From the NCBI GenBank assembly GCA_965552135.1, contig CBEVQY010000019.1:1-51693 (forward strand): a stretch of 51,693 bases of DNA. The letters run 5' to 3'. Each line of letters starts with the position of its first letter. Within the stretch, counting starts at the first letter, position 1. Below the pieces are notes generated by a model. It was not told the origin of the DNA, made no database searches, and saw nothing but the letters and a program-made list of their open reading frames with translations. The stretch is from an uncultured bacterium. GTDB lineage: Bacteria > UBP14 > UBA6098 > B30-G16. The position numbers and the translations under genes are program-made. This document shows, in pieces, positions 1 to 8,389 of the stretch.

Positions 1-1
1 G

Positions 2-967
2 AACGACCTGGCTGCCCCAGTTGTCGCCAGGGACGTCCTGCCAGCTCACGTTGCCGGCGCCATCTGTGGTCAGGACCTGGCCGCTTGAGCCGTCGGTGTT
101 GGGGAGGGTGTAGACGCCTATCGTAAGCGTCCCTGTAAACCTACCCGCGCCCGAAACGTCGAGCTTGTACGAAGGAGAGGTCGTGCCCACGCCGACATCG
201 CCGGCCAAGTATATCGTGTTGGCCCGCAGGTTGATTCTGTTCGTATTCCCGCCGCCCTGCTTGGCCAGGTCGATTTGGTTGCCGTGGAGAAGCCAGAGGT
301 TTCCCGTAGCCTGATCGTTGACGGTGAGGACCTCGTTGCCCTGAGATGTGAGGAACCACCCGCCGTCGGCGTCGTTCAAGGTGCCGGATATCTGGGCGCT
401 TCCGGCCACATCGAGCCGCCTGGAAGGGGATGTGGTCCCTATGCCGACGTTTGTGCCGTCGTTTACAAGCGCGCTTGAAGCGACCCAGGAGCTGCCATCC
501 CAACGAAGCGTCTGATTCGCCACAGTACCGTCACCAACATTCGATACCACATCCGAATACAACGCATAAGGCGAAGACAACAAACGTTCAGGAGGATCCA
601 ACGCAGTGCAGCCAGAAAAACTCGTCTCCCCAGCAGCACCTACGTAAACTCGCAAATACAAAGCATGACCACCACCAAACAAACTGCTAAAATCATAACC
701 ACCCTGATAACCCGTGCTGAAGTCCAAAACATCCGTAAAAAGACCGTCCGAAACCGAAACGTCCGCAGGAGCCTGCTCCCAACCTACGTCGTCCGTCGCC
801 TCCCAGCCGTCGTCGTCAACGTCAACGTAAACCCTGTAGCCAACCGCGCGCGTGCCGCTTACTGGACCACCACCCTCAAAAAGCTTGCCCTGATAGTTGA
901 CAAGCCGAGGAACAGCGAAAAGGAAAGAAACACAAAGGGCAAAACAAACGATAACGCGCCTAACCAT
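2..967 (-). CDS. Secreted phage-tail-fibre-like / trimeric adhesin-like protein (5' part only; runs off left edge, >=322 aa)
   Basis: Not in the ORF track. Hand translation from ATG 967 (SD AAGGAGGGGG) is open to the window edge: MVRRVIVCFALCVSFLFA-VPRLVNYQGKL...SSPYALYS...QTLRWDGSSW...NVGIGTTSPSRRLDVAG...DVGVGTTSPSYKLDVSG...YTLPNTDGSSGQVLTTDGAGNVSWQDVPGDNWGSQVV. It has a signal peptide, a P..NYQG N-domain, and VGIGTTxP and GQVLxTDGxG fibre motifs. Confidence 0.85.
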   Translation of the reverse strand, partial: MVRRVIVCFALCVSFLFAVPRLVNYQGKLFEGGGPVSGTRAVGYRVYVDVDDDGWEATDDVGWEQAPADVSVSDGLFTDVLDFSTGYQGGYDFSSLFGGGHALYLRVYVGAAGETSFSGCTALDPPERLLSSPYALYSDVVSNVGDGTVANQTLRWDGSSWVASSALVNDGTNVGIGTTSPSRRLDVAGSAQISGTLNDADGGWFLTSQGNEVLTVNDQATGNLWLLHGNQIDLAKQGGGNTNRINLRANTIYLAGDVGVGTTSPSYKLDVSGAGRFTGTLTIGVYTLPNTDGSSGQVLTTDGAGNVSWQDVPGDNWGSQVV

Positions 968-995
968 CGCCCCCTCCTTAAACCCGTTTGAATCA

Positions 996-1023
996 AGAAT
1001 ATTAAATTAAAGTACTTTGTCAA
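996..1023 (-). promoter_or_regulatory. Sigma70-type promoter for the fibre gene
   Basis: Minus strand TTGACA-16 nt-TATTCT in an AT-rich intergenic region. Palindromes AAAGTACTTT (1009-1018) and TTTGTCGACAAA (1036-1047) lie nearby. Confidence 0.6.
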
Positions 1024-1066
1024 ACTGAAACGCTTTTTGTCGACAAACCCTTTTGGCAGCCGAGTT

Positions 1067-2908
1067 TCACTCGACGGTGACGCTTTTGGCGAGGTTCCTT
1101 GGCTGGTCGACGTTGCAGCCGCGCATAACGGCTATGTAGTACGCCAAAAGCTGCAGGGGTATCACAGTGAGCATAGGGGTGAAGTTGTACTCTGTTTTGG
1201 GGACGTAAATGACGTGCTCGGCAAGCTTTTTTATATCCTCGTTTCCCTCGGTTGCGACGGCGATGACCCTCCCCCCGCGGGAACGAACCTCCTCGATGTT
1301 GCTTATGATCTTCTGGTACAAGGGATCATCTATCGCGATGAACACGACGGGCATGTTCTCGTCGATGAGGGCTATAGGTCCGTGCTTCATTTCCGCAGCG
1401 GGGTATCCTTCGGCGTGGATGTAGGAGATTTCCTTGAGCTTAAGCGCCCCCTCCAAGGCGACGGGGAAGTTGTAACTCCTGCCCAGGTAAAGGAAGTTGT
1501 GATGATCCTTGTACTCCGCCGCTATCTTTTCGATCTTACGGCTTTGGCGCTCCTCGTCGAGGATCTTCTTCACCTTGTCGGGTATCTGCGCAAGCTCTTC
1601 TATAAGCTCTCTTCCCTTTTCTGCGGGCAGACCGCGCATTCTGCCCAGCATCACGGCGACAAGCGAGAGCACCATCACCTGCGACGTGAACGCCTTCGTC
1701 GACGCGACGCCTATCTCGGGTCCTGCGTGGATGTAGATCCCCGCGTCGGTTTCGCGGGCGATGGTGGACCCGACGACGTTGACTATTCCGAACACCGGTG
1801 CGCCCGCGCGCTTGGCTTCGCGAAGCGCAGCCAGAGTATCGGCGGTCTCACCGGACTGGCTTATGACGAAAACGGGCGTTCGCGCAGAAAGAACGGGGCT
1901 ACGGTAGCGGAACTCGGAGGCGTATTCGACCTCCACAGGTATCCTTGCAAGCTCCTCGATAAGGTACTCTCCGATCAGGGCGGCGTGCCAGCTTGTGCCA
2001 CAAGCGGTTATGACTATCCGTTCGGCGTTGGCGATGACGTCGTGATACGGCTTAAGCCCGTTTAGGCGCGCGGTTCCCGCCTCGAAGTCGAGGCGCCCGC
2101 GGAAAGCGTTGCGAAGGGTGAGGGGCTGCTCGTATATCTCCTTGAGCATGAAGTGCGGAAAACCGCCCTTCTCAAGCTCCTGCAGCGAAAACTCTATCCT
2201 CTCGACCTTGGGCTCCACAAGCTTCCGCTGCAACGTTTTTACCTCGAAGCCGTCCTTGCGGACGACGGCGTACTCGCCCTCGTCGAGGTATATCACTCTG
2301 TCGGTGTATCGGATGACTGCGGTGGCGTCGGATGCGATGAGGTTTTCGCCCTCACCTGCGCCTATGAGCAATGGGCTTCCGTGGCGAGCGGCGTAGATCC
2401 TGTCGGGTTGCTTTGTGTAGATTATGCCCAGACCATACGTCCCTTCGATCTCAAGGAGCGCAAGCCGCAGCGCCTCCTCAAAATCGCCCGTCGTCTTGAG
2501 CATCTCCTCCACAAGGTGCGCAACCACCTCGGTGTCGGTGTCGGTGGTGATCCTGTGCCCCCTCTCCTCCAGGAAAGCCCGAAGGACGCGGTAGTTTTCG
2601 ATGATGCCGTTGTGGACGACGGCTATTCTGCCCGTGCAGTCGGTGTGTGGGTGTGCGTTTACGTCGGAGGGTTCGCCGTGGGTCGCCCAGCGCGTGTGGG
2701 CTATCCCCATGGTGGCGGAAAAGTCCCTGCCCAAAAGCTCGCGCTCAAGCTCGGCGATCTTGCCCTTGCGCTTGATCGTCAAAAGCTCGCCGTCCTGAAG
2801 GACTGCGATGCCCGCCGAGTCGTAGCCGCGATACTCAAGCCTTTTAAGCCCGTCTATCAAAACGGGAACCGCGCGACGAAACCCTATGTACCCAACTATA
2901 CCGCACAC
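1067..2908 (-). CDS. glmS: Glutamine--fructose-6-phosphate aminotransferase (isomerizing)
   Basis: GTG start; N-terminal MCGIVGY, HTRWATHG, SQSGETADT, ASTKAFT, EMKHGP and C-terminal PRNLAKSVTVE. Confidence 0.98.
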   Translation of the reverse strand: MCGIVGYIGFRRAVPVLIDGLKRLEYRGYDSAGIAVLQDGELLTIKRKGKIAELERELLGRDFSATMGIAHTRWATHGEPSDVNAHPHTDCTGRIAVVHNGIIENYRVLRAFLEERGHRITTDTDTEVVAHLVEEMLKTTGDFEEALRLALLEIEGTYGLGIIYTKQPDRIYAARHGSPLLIGAGEGENLIASDATAVIRYTDRVIYLDEGEYAVVRKDGFEVKTLQRKLVEPKVERIEFSLQELEKGGFPHFMLKEIYEQPLTLRNAFRGRLDFEAGTARLNGLKPYHDVIANAERIVITACGTSWHAALIGEYLIEELARIPVEVEYASEFRYRSPVLSARTPVFVISQSGETADTLAALREAKRAGAPVFGIVNVVGSTIARETDAGIYIHAGPEIGVASTKAFTSQVMVLSLVAVMLGRMRGLPAEKGRELIEELAQIPDKVKKILDEERQSRKIEKIAAEYKDHHNFLYLGRSYNFPVALEGALKLKEISYIHAEGYPAAEMKHGPIALIDENMPVVFIAIDDPLYQKIISNIEEVRSRGGRVIAVATEGNEDIKKLAEHVIYVPKTEYNFTPMLTVIPLQLLAYYIAVMRGCNVDQPRNLAKSVTVE

Positions 2909-2914
2909 GCCTCT

Positions 2915-2943
2915 AAGGTAGCCACTTCAGCCCTCTTTGTCAA
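2915..2943 (-). promoter_or_regulatory. Sigma70-type promoter of glmS (leaderless geometry)
   Basis: TTGACA-17 nt-TACCTT, only 6 nt before the GTG start; overlaps the 3' end of the upstream gene. Confidence 0.6.
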
Positions 2944-4126
2944 CCTCGTCGGAGCCCCCCTTTTCCTTCGGGACCTTCTCGCGGCGGAAGCCGTCGGCGA
3001 GGAGGTCATCGGTTGGGATTATCGCCTCTTCGTCTTTGCCCAGGCTGCGCAGGCGTATGAAGAGGGGCGAGACCTCGTCCACCTCCCACCACCTGTCGGC
3101 GTAGTAAATTCTGTCGCCCTTCGACACAAGTCCCTTGAAGAGGATGACGTAGCCCGCGATATATCTTTTCACCGTCGGCATAAGAGACAAGCCGACGACG
3201 GCAAGGAGGATGAAGAGCCCGACCATAGAGATCGTTCCGCCCGGGCCTGGGATCACGGCGATGTAGCCCAGGACGAATATGGCGACGATAAACGCCTTAA
3301 CGCTTGTGCGCAGCGGCAGGAGCGCGCTTGTGGGGAAGCGCAGGGCATCGGGGTTTTGCTCGTAGTGGCGGAAGACTATGTCCACGATCTTCAGCGCCAC
3401 CTTGGCGACGGCATAAAGCACCGCGGCGCCAACAGCAAAACCCAAAAAAGCCAAAACGACCAGGGCAGCATCCTTGAGGGCGCGAACCGTGAAGGCTATG
3501 ACCTGATCAGCGAACTGCTGCGTAGCGGGATACAGATGGAACACGAACAAAAGCGCGCCGTAAAAAAGCAACACAATGAGGATGTTCCTCACCCACCTTA
3601 CGATGTTTATCAGAAGGACAAGCTCATCTCGGGCGGGCAGCACCTTGAGCTTGCCTATGGCAACGCCCTTTATCAGGCGCCCTTCCTGGTAGAGGAGGTA
3701 TCGGGTGATCCTTCGCGTTATCCGCTCCAGAAGGATCACGAGGAGCACAAAGACGACGGGCACAGAAAGCGCCACCAAGAGCCTCACAAGCCCGTGCAGG
3801 CGAACCTGCTCCCCCTGCGACGGAGTTTTTGCTTTAGTCTCGGCGATTCTGCTTAGCCTTTCGCACTGGGCTTGCGCGAAGACATCGGGGTCGACACCTT
3901 TGGGCACCGCAAGCCAGGCGAAGGTGCAATCCCCATACGACATGCCCAGGAGCGACTCGCTCACCTCGTAGAAAAGGCTTTCGGGCACGAACTCCCCCGC
4001 AGCGGCGATGGATTCGATGTACGCGTAAGCCGTCGGCGTGGGGAGGCTGTCGACTTGTCCACATGCAGCCGAACCCACAAGCGCGAAAACAGCCAATAAA
4101 AAAAGCGCTTTAGCCGCCTTCGCCAT
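2927..4126 (-). CDS. MscS-family mechanosensitive channel-like membrane protein with N-terminal periplasmic region
   Basis: Signal-like N-terminus and several TM helices, followed by IAGYVILF...KGDRI...VDEVSPLFIRLRS...IIP resembling the MscS beta domain. The C-terminal domain is short. Confidence 0.7.
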   Translation of the reverse strand: MAKAAKALFLLAVFALVGSAACGQVDSLPTPTAYAYIESIAAAGEFVPESLFYEVSESLLGMSYGDCTFAWLAVPKGVDPDVFAQAQCERLSRIAETKAKTPSQGEQVRLHGLVRLLVALSVPVVFVLLVILLERITRRITRYLLYQEGRLIKGVAIGKLKVLPARDELVLLINIVRWVRNILIVLLFYGALLFVFHLYPATQQFADQVIAFTVRALKDAALVVLAFLGFAVGAAVLYAVAKVALKIVDIVFRHYEQNPDALRFPTSALLPLRTSVKAFIVAIFVLGYIAVIPGPGGTISMVGLFILLAVVGLSLMPTVKRYIAGYVILFKGLVSKGDRIYYADRWWEVDEVSPLFIRLRSLGKDEEAIIPTDDLLADGFRREKVPKEKGGSDEVDKEG

Positions 4127-4147
4127 AAAAGCTCCTTTGCGCAGCCC

Positions 4148-4405
4148 TCAGCAAAGCTCCTGCATGTCGAGGACGCTGAACTCCTCGATCACGGGGTTTG
4201 CGAGGACTCTGTCGGCTATCTGGAGGGCGAGCTCCTTGACCTCCGAGGGCGCATCCGCCTCGACCACAAGCTCGAAAAGCTTTGATACCCTCACACAAAA
4301 GATGTTCTTATACCCCAACCTCGCCAGCGCCTCGGCGATGGTGTTCCCCTCGGGGTCCGCAACGCCTTCCTTGCGCCTTACCTCAACCCTTACCAAAAAC
4401 TTCAT
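4148..4405 (-). CDS. purS: Phosphoribosylformylglycinamidine synthase subunit PurS
   Basis: MKFLVRVEVRRKEGVADPEGNTI...VRVSK...LANPVIEEF; start ATG 4405 overlaps the pssA stop (ATGA). Confidence 0.93.
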   Translation of the reverse strand: MKFLVRVEVRRKEGVADPEGNTIAEALARLGYKNIFCVRVSKLFELVVEADAPSEVKELALQIADRVLANPVIEEFSVLDMQELC

Positions 4406-5124
4406 CCCCCCTCCTTCGAAACTCCAAGGACGGTCCAGTAGATCTCCCTCACGAAGCCGTGGAATATGTAGGCAGCCACAGTTGGGAATATGAACCAGCG
4501 CGGTTTGACGAGGATGGCAGCTACGGGAACGCACAGCGCCAGAGCGCGCCACCTGAACTCCTTAAGCGACAAAAACCTCGGCTGCGCCGAATAGCGAACA
4601 TTGGATATCATAAGCCACGAAAGCAAAATAAGTGCGGGTATAAAAAGCTGAGCGTACCTAACCTCCTCCCACAGGTCTTCGGCGAGGATGACGTAGCTTG
4701 CCACAAACGACGCTGCGAGGGGGATGGGCAGTCCGCGGAAGTCGGTCTTTCTGTGGGGGTCGGCGGTGAGGTTGTATCGCGCCAGGCGGAACGCGCCCGC
4801 AAGCAAAAACAGGATGGGAACGACAAAGCTCCAGTTCTTGAAGCTGCAGACTCCGAGGGAGTACAAAAGAATCCCCGGCGCAACGCCGAATGAGAGGAAA
4901 TCGGCGAAGCTGTCGAGCTGAACGCCCATCTCCGTTGTGCTTCCCGTAAGGCGAGCGACCTTGCCGTCGAGGAGGTCAAAGATAGCCGCCAAAATTATGA
5001 GCCACGCGCCGCTTGTGACCCTGCCCGCGGTGCTGTGCAAAATCGAGAAAAAACCGCAAAGCATATTCCCAACGGTAAAAACCCCAGGCATAAGGGGAAC
5101 AAACCTTGTCGCTCTCCTCTCCAT
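4402..5124 (-). CDS. pssA: CDP-diacylglycerol--serine O-phosphatidyltransferase
   Basis: P..FTVGNMLCG, CDP-alcohol phosphotransferase motif DLLDGKVAR...G..LDSFAD..SFGVAP, RLARYN, F.GLPIP. Confidence 0.92.
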   Translation of the reverse strand: MERRATRFVPLMPGVFTVGNMLCGFFSILHSTAGRVTSGAWLIILAAIFDLLDGKVARLTGSTTEMGVQLDSFADFLSFGVAPGILLYSLGVCSFKNWSFVVPILFLLAGAFRLARYNLTADPHRKTDFRGLPIPLAASFVASYVILAEDLWEEVRYAQLFIPALILLSWLMISNVRYSAQPRFLSLKEFRWRALALCVPVAAILVKPRWFIFPTVAAYIFHGFVREIYWTVLGVSKEGG

Positions 5125-5133
5125 CGCATCTTA

Positions 5134-5162
5134 AAGATGCCCTCGCCTGCCCACTCTGTCAA
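5134..5162 (-). promoter_or_regulatory. Sigma70-type promoter of pssA-purS-mscS
   Basis: TTGACA-17 nt-CATCTT, 9 nt before ATG 5124; no SD. Confidence 0.5.
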
Positions 5163-5168
5163 TCCGTT

Positions 5169-7856
5169 TTATCTTGCCACCGTCACCGTCCCCTCGCACA
5201 CAATCTCACCCGAAACTTCTATCAAGTAAATGTATAAACCCTCCGGCACCGGGGAGCCGGAATCGTCGGAACCGTCCCAAAAGGCGAACTCCTTTGCCCC
5301 AAAGCCCGACGGAACGTTTATGCGCCTCACAAGAGCACCGTGCAGATCGTAGATGTAAATGACCCCCGCCTCGTAAATCAAGCCGGGATACCTGAACCAA
5401 ACGACGTCGTTTTCGCCATCACCGTTCGGAGTGAACGGATTCGGAATACGCTCACAACCATAAGGCGGCGGCAAGTAAAACTCCCAAAGGTACTCCGCGC
5501 AGTTCGGATCGCACGTGTCGGGAGAATCGCATACGTAAACCCCAACCGAAACGGTCTCGCCCGAAAACCAATACTCGCCAAATCGCTGCGGGTCGAAAAC
5601 AAGCTCGCCGGAAAGCGAATCGGGCGAAAGCAAACCAAGCACCTCAGGGAAGGGATACTCCCGCCCGTTGACGTAAAGACGGGACGAACCAACATCGACC
5701 CCGGCGAAATCGTCGCCAAAGCCAACCCGGATCTGGCTTGTGTGGTCGAGCACAAACGAACCGGAATCCGGAAAGTCAAGCCAAGCCAGAGGAGGATTAA
5801 AGTCCAAAAAGAAGCTCCACGACGCCTCGTTCTGCAGCGGAGCACCCAAGACGTCGTCCGCCCGCAGAAGCTCAACGTACACGCTCCCCCCATCCCCCCA
5901 ATAACCATAGGGAGGCTCAAAGTAGAGTGTGCCGTTGCGGAAGCTCAGAAACTGGGACGAGCAGTCGAAGGTATCGCTCCCTATCAGGACCTCGATCGTC
6001 GTGCTATCGACGCCCTCGGTGTCGGATATGGCTATCCAAATCCCCTGGTCCTCGCAGGCGGAAACGATCCCCTCCCCGGGCAAAACCGGCTCCGCAACGG
6101 GACCGTGCAGGCTGACGATGTGAAACCGCCAGCACGTGTCGGCGAAGTTGGGCGGACAGTAGTCGTATGTCGGGTCGTCGGGGATGCTGTCGACGCAGAC
6201 GACCACGGTGTCGAGGTTGTGGAACTCCGCCTCGATCACCACCGCGGGCAGGCTGTCCATATCGACGGAGAAGGCGACCGGAAAGCCGTTTACCGTCACC
6301 GAGAAGTTCGTCTCGTCGATCCACGACCACCTGACGCCAGCTATGCTGTCGTAAATCGATACCGAGACGGCGACTTCGGGGTCGCTCAGGACGGTTTCGG
6401 GGGGCGGGAAGATGTCGTAGAACACGGGAGGCTGCAGGTCGACGACGAAAAGGCAGGTGTCGCCGACGATAGGACATCCAAGCGTATCGCTTGCCTCGAG
6501 GAATACGGCGCGCACCGTATCGCCGTTTCGGAACGGGGTGGAGGGGCGAAAGGTCAGGATCGAGTCGGAGAGGGAAAGCTCGTCGTCCTCGAGGGTGAAC
6601 GTCCCCACGCCGGATATCTGCAGAGCGATCGTCGTCGCATCGAGCACGACGCCCTCGTCGAGGTGGATGAGAAGCTCGACCACCTGCAGCGAGCACGTCG
6701 TTATCCCTCCGCAGGGCTGTGGCAGGGTGAACTCACCCCAACCGGTGCACGGCGGGACGTATGTGGTGTCGTCGCTGCCGTAATCGACGCCGCCTGCGGA
6801 AACGCTTACCTCAAGCAGGCTGCTTTCGAGGCAAAACTGCTCCTCCCTGTAGCGGAAAAGGTAGCAGCACGGCAGGCTCGCTATGATCCTGCCTATCTGG
6901 TAGGCGAGGGAGTCGTAGTCGCCGGAGTAGAGGTTGAACCACTTTCCGCCCGTCGATTCTGCAAGCTCATAGTAGCCCGTATAGAACGCGCGCTCGGGGC
7001 TTTCGAAGCTCGAGTAGGCGAAGGACCCATCCTCCGGCGTCACGGGGAGGACGACTATACCGCTGTCGCGGCAGAAGCGGATCACCGAGTCGGGCGGGTA
7101 AGCCATAGTTACAGATGGCGTTTCGCCCCACACAGGCCAGCAGAAGACATCGTTTACGATGGGTCGCTCGTCGGTGAAGAGCACGAAGACCTTCACGGCG
7201 CCGGGGCGAAATCCCCCAAGGGCTCTTGCGCGAGCTATAGCCCCAAACTGGTCCTCATACCCCGACCCGCGCATCGTAGCGGGCCATGTGTATAGGTCCC
7301 CGACGACGGCGGAGAACAGGCAGTCGAACTCCTCGGGGTTCGTCGCCCACCTGTCGGGACCGCCGGGAATGAAAACGCAGGGACCGTCGAAGTCCGTCCG
7401 AACCGGTATCCAGGCGCCACCAGGCTCCGCCGGGCAGCCGTTGAAGACTATGCACGAAATCCTGTAGTCAAGCTCCCCCAGCGCCGCCACGAACGACGGG
7501 ATGGCGCCGAAAAAAGCCTCGACCTCGTCGTCCATGCTGAGGGAGAAATCGAGGAGGAGGACGATATCGACGCTATCCTGCGGGCAGTTGTTGATCATCT
7601 CCAAGGACGGCGGCTCCACGGGAACGCCGTTTTCGACAAACGCGAAGTCCTCCAATGAAAGCCCGTGGACGTAACCGTCGCCTTCGCGGACGCAGACCTC
7701 AACGTAAACGAGGCTGCAGCCCTCGGTCCAGACGTCGGCGATCTCGGTCCAGAGCGACTCCTCCTGCGCGCTCGCCGAGGCTGTACCGAAACGTGCATCG
7801 GCGAACGAAATCGCGCAAAACACCAACAAAACAAGCGACCAAAAACGAACCTTCAT
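5169..7856 (-). CDS. Secreted VWA-domain protein with Ig-like repeats and T9SS type-B (gliding-motility-associated / CHU_C-like) C-terminal domain
   Basis: Likely start MKVRFWSLV (signal peptide), MIDAS DFSLS, VFVLFTDE, acidic Cys-containing beta repeats (VVDLQPP, FLDFNPP), C-terminus PNPFTPNGDGEND...IYDLHG...WDG...GLYIYLI...GTVTVAR. Confidence 0.8.
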   Translation of the reverse strand: MKVRFWSLVLLVFCAISFADARFGTASASAQEESLWTEIADVWTEGCSLVYVEVCVREGDGYVHGLSLEDFAFVENGVPVEPPSLEMINNCPQDSVDIVLLLDFSLSMDDEVEAFFGAIPSFVAALGELDYRISCIVFNGCPAEPGGAWIPVRTDFDGPCVFIPGGPDRWATNPEEFDCLFSAVVGDLYTWPATMRGSGYEDQFGAIARARALGGFRPGAVKVFVLFTDERPIVNDVFCWPVWGETPSVTMAYPPDSVIRFCRDSGIVVLPVTPEDGSFAYSSFESPERAFYTGYYELAESTGGKWFNLYSGDYDSLAYQIGRIIASLPCCYLFRYREEQFCLESSLLEVSVSAGGVDYGSDDTTYVPPCTGWGEFTLPQPCGGITTCSLQVVELLIHLDEGVVLDATTIALQISGVGTFTLEDDELSLSDSILTFRPSTPFRNGDTVRAVFLEASDTLGCPIVGDTCLFVVDLQPPVFYDIFPPPETVLSDPEVAVSVSIYDSIAGVRWSWIDETNFSVTVNGFPVAFSVDMDSLPAVVIEAEFHNLDTVVVCVDSIPDDPTYDYCPPNFADTCWRFHIVSLHGPVAEPVLPGEGIVSACEDQGIWIAISDTEGVDSTTIEVLIGSDTFDCSSQFLSFRNGTLYFEPPYGYWGDGGSVYVELLRADDVLGAPLQNEASWSFFLDFNPPLAWLDFPDSGSFVLDHTSQIRVGFGDDFAGVDVGSSRLYVNGREYPFPEVLGLLSPDSLSGELVFDPQRFGEYWFSGETVSVGVYVCDSPDTCDPNCAEYLWEFYLPPPYGCERIPNPFTPNGDGENDVVWFRYPGLIYEAGVIYIYDLHGALVRRINVPSGFGAKEFAFWDGSDDSGSPVPEGLYIYLIEVSGEIVCEGTVTVAR

Positions 7857-7903
7857 CCCCAAACCCCCTGCCCTCATCACGATTTTAAGCAAAAAGCGTG
7901 CCG

Positions 7904-8389
7904 CTATGTGTCCTCCTCCGCATCGTCGGCGGAGCTTTCGATCACCTCGACAACCCTGTACGACGTCGTTCTGAGCGAGCTTTTTTCGGCAGCTCTTATG
8001 ATTACATAAGCAGCGAACGCACCGACGACCGCGGCGCCCACGGCGGAGCTCTCTGTGGCTCCCAGGGCGCGAGCCAAAACGTAGCCCGCAATAAGCATCG
8101 CCACGGGCAGAATGAAAAGCAGTGCCGATATCAGTATGTACCTGCTGGGCGCGATGGAGATCTTCACCTTATCGCCTTTGCGCGCGCCCACCTCGTTTTG
8201 CGCCCAAACCTGCCAGTCTCTGGGCGTGGCGGCGTTGAACGGGCATTTTTCGGCTATCGCGCACGTGGCACATCCCGCACCACGAACCACCTTCACACGC
8301 GCAACCCGACCAACGACGTCGACGACAACGCCCTCCTCCTCAGCTGCGCCAACGCCGTCGTATTTGGCGATGTGTCCGGGAAGGCTCAT
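7904..8389 (-). CDS. RseC/MucC-family (SoxR reducing system) membrane protein
   Basis: EEEGVVV...GCATCAIAEKC...N..GA..GD.V.I followed by two TM helices. Confidence 0.85.
   Translation of the reverse strand: MSLPGHIAKYDGVGAAEEEGVVVDVVGRVARVKVVRGAGCATCAIAEKCPFNAATPRDWQVWAQNEVGARKGDKVKISIAPSRYILISALLFILPVAMLIAGYVLARALGATESSAVGAAVVGAFAAYVIIRAAEKSSLRTTSYRVVEVIESSADDAEEDT

Noticed and set aside
530..960. A/C-rich, AAC-rich + strand resembling a DGR template repeat, and + strand ORFs 430..690 and 665..991
   Set aside because: It is the antisense of the G/T-rich 5' part of the fibre gene. No reverse transcriptase or matching variable repeat is in the window.
2909..2926. glmS ribozyme upstream of glmS
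   Set aside because: Only 18 nt of intergenic space, and the promoter abuts the start codon.
1037..7295. Long antisense ORFs (1037..2065, 2153..3856, 5340..7295; also 10590..12038, 13662..14921, 29578..31083, 36896..38251)
   Set aside because: Shadow frames of well-supported genes in high-GC DNA, with no recognisable motifs.
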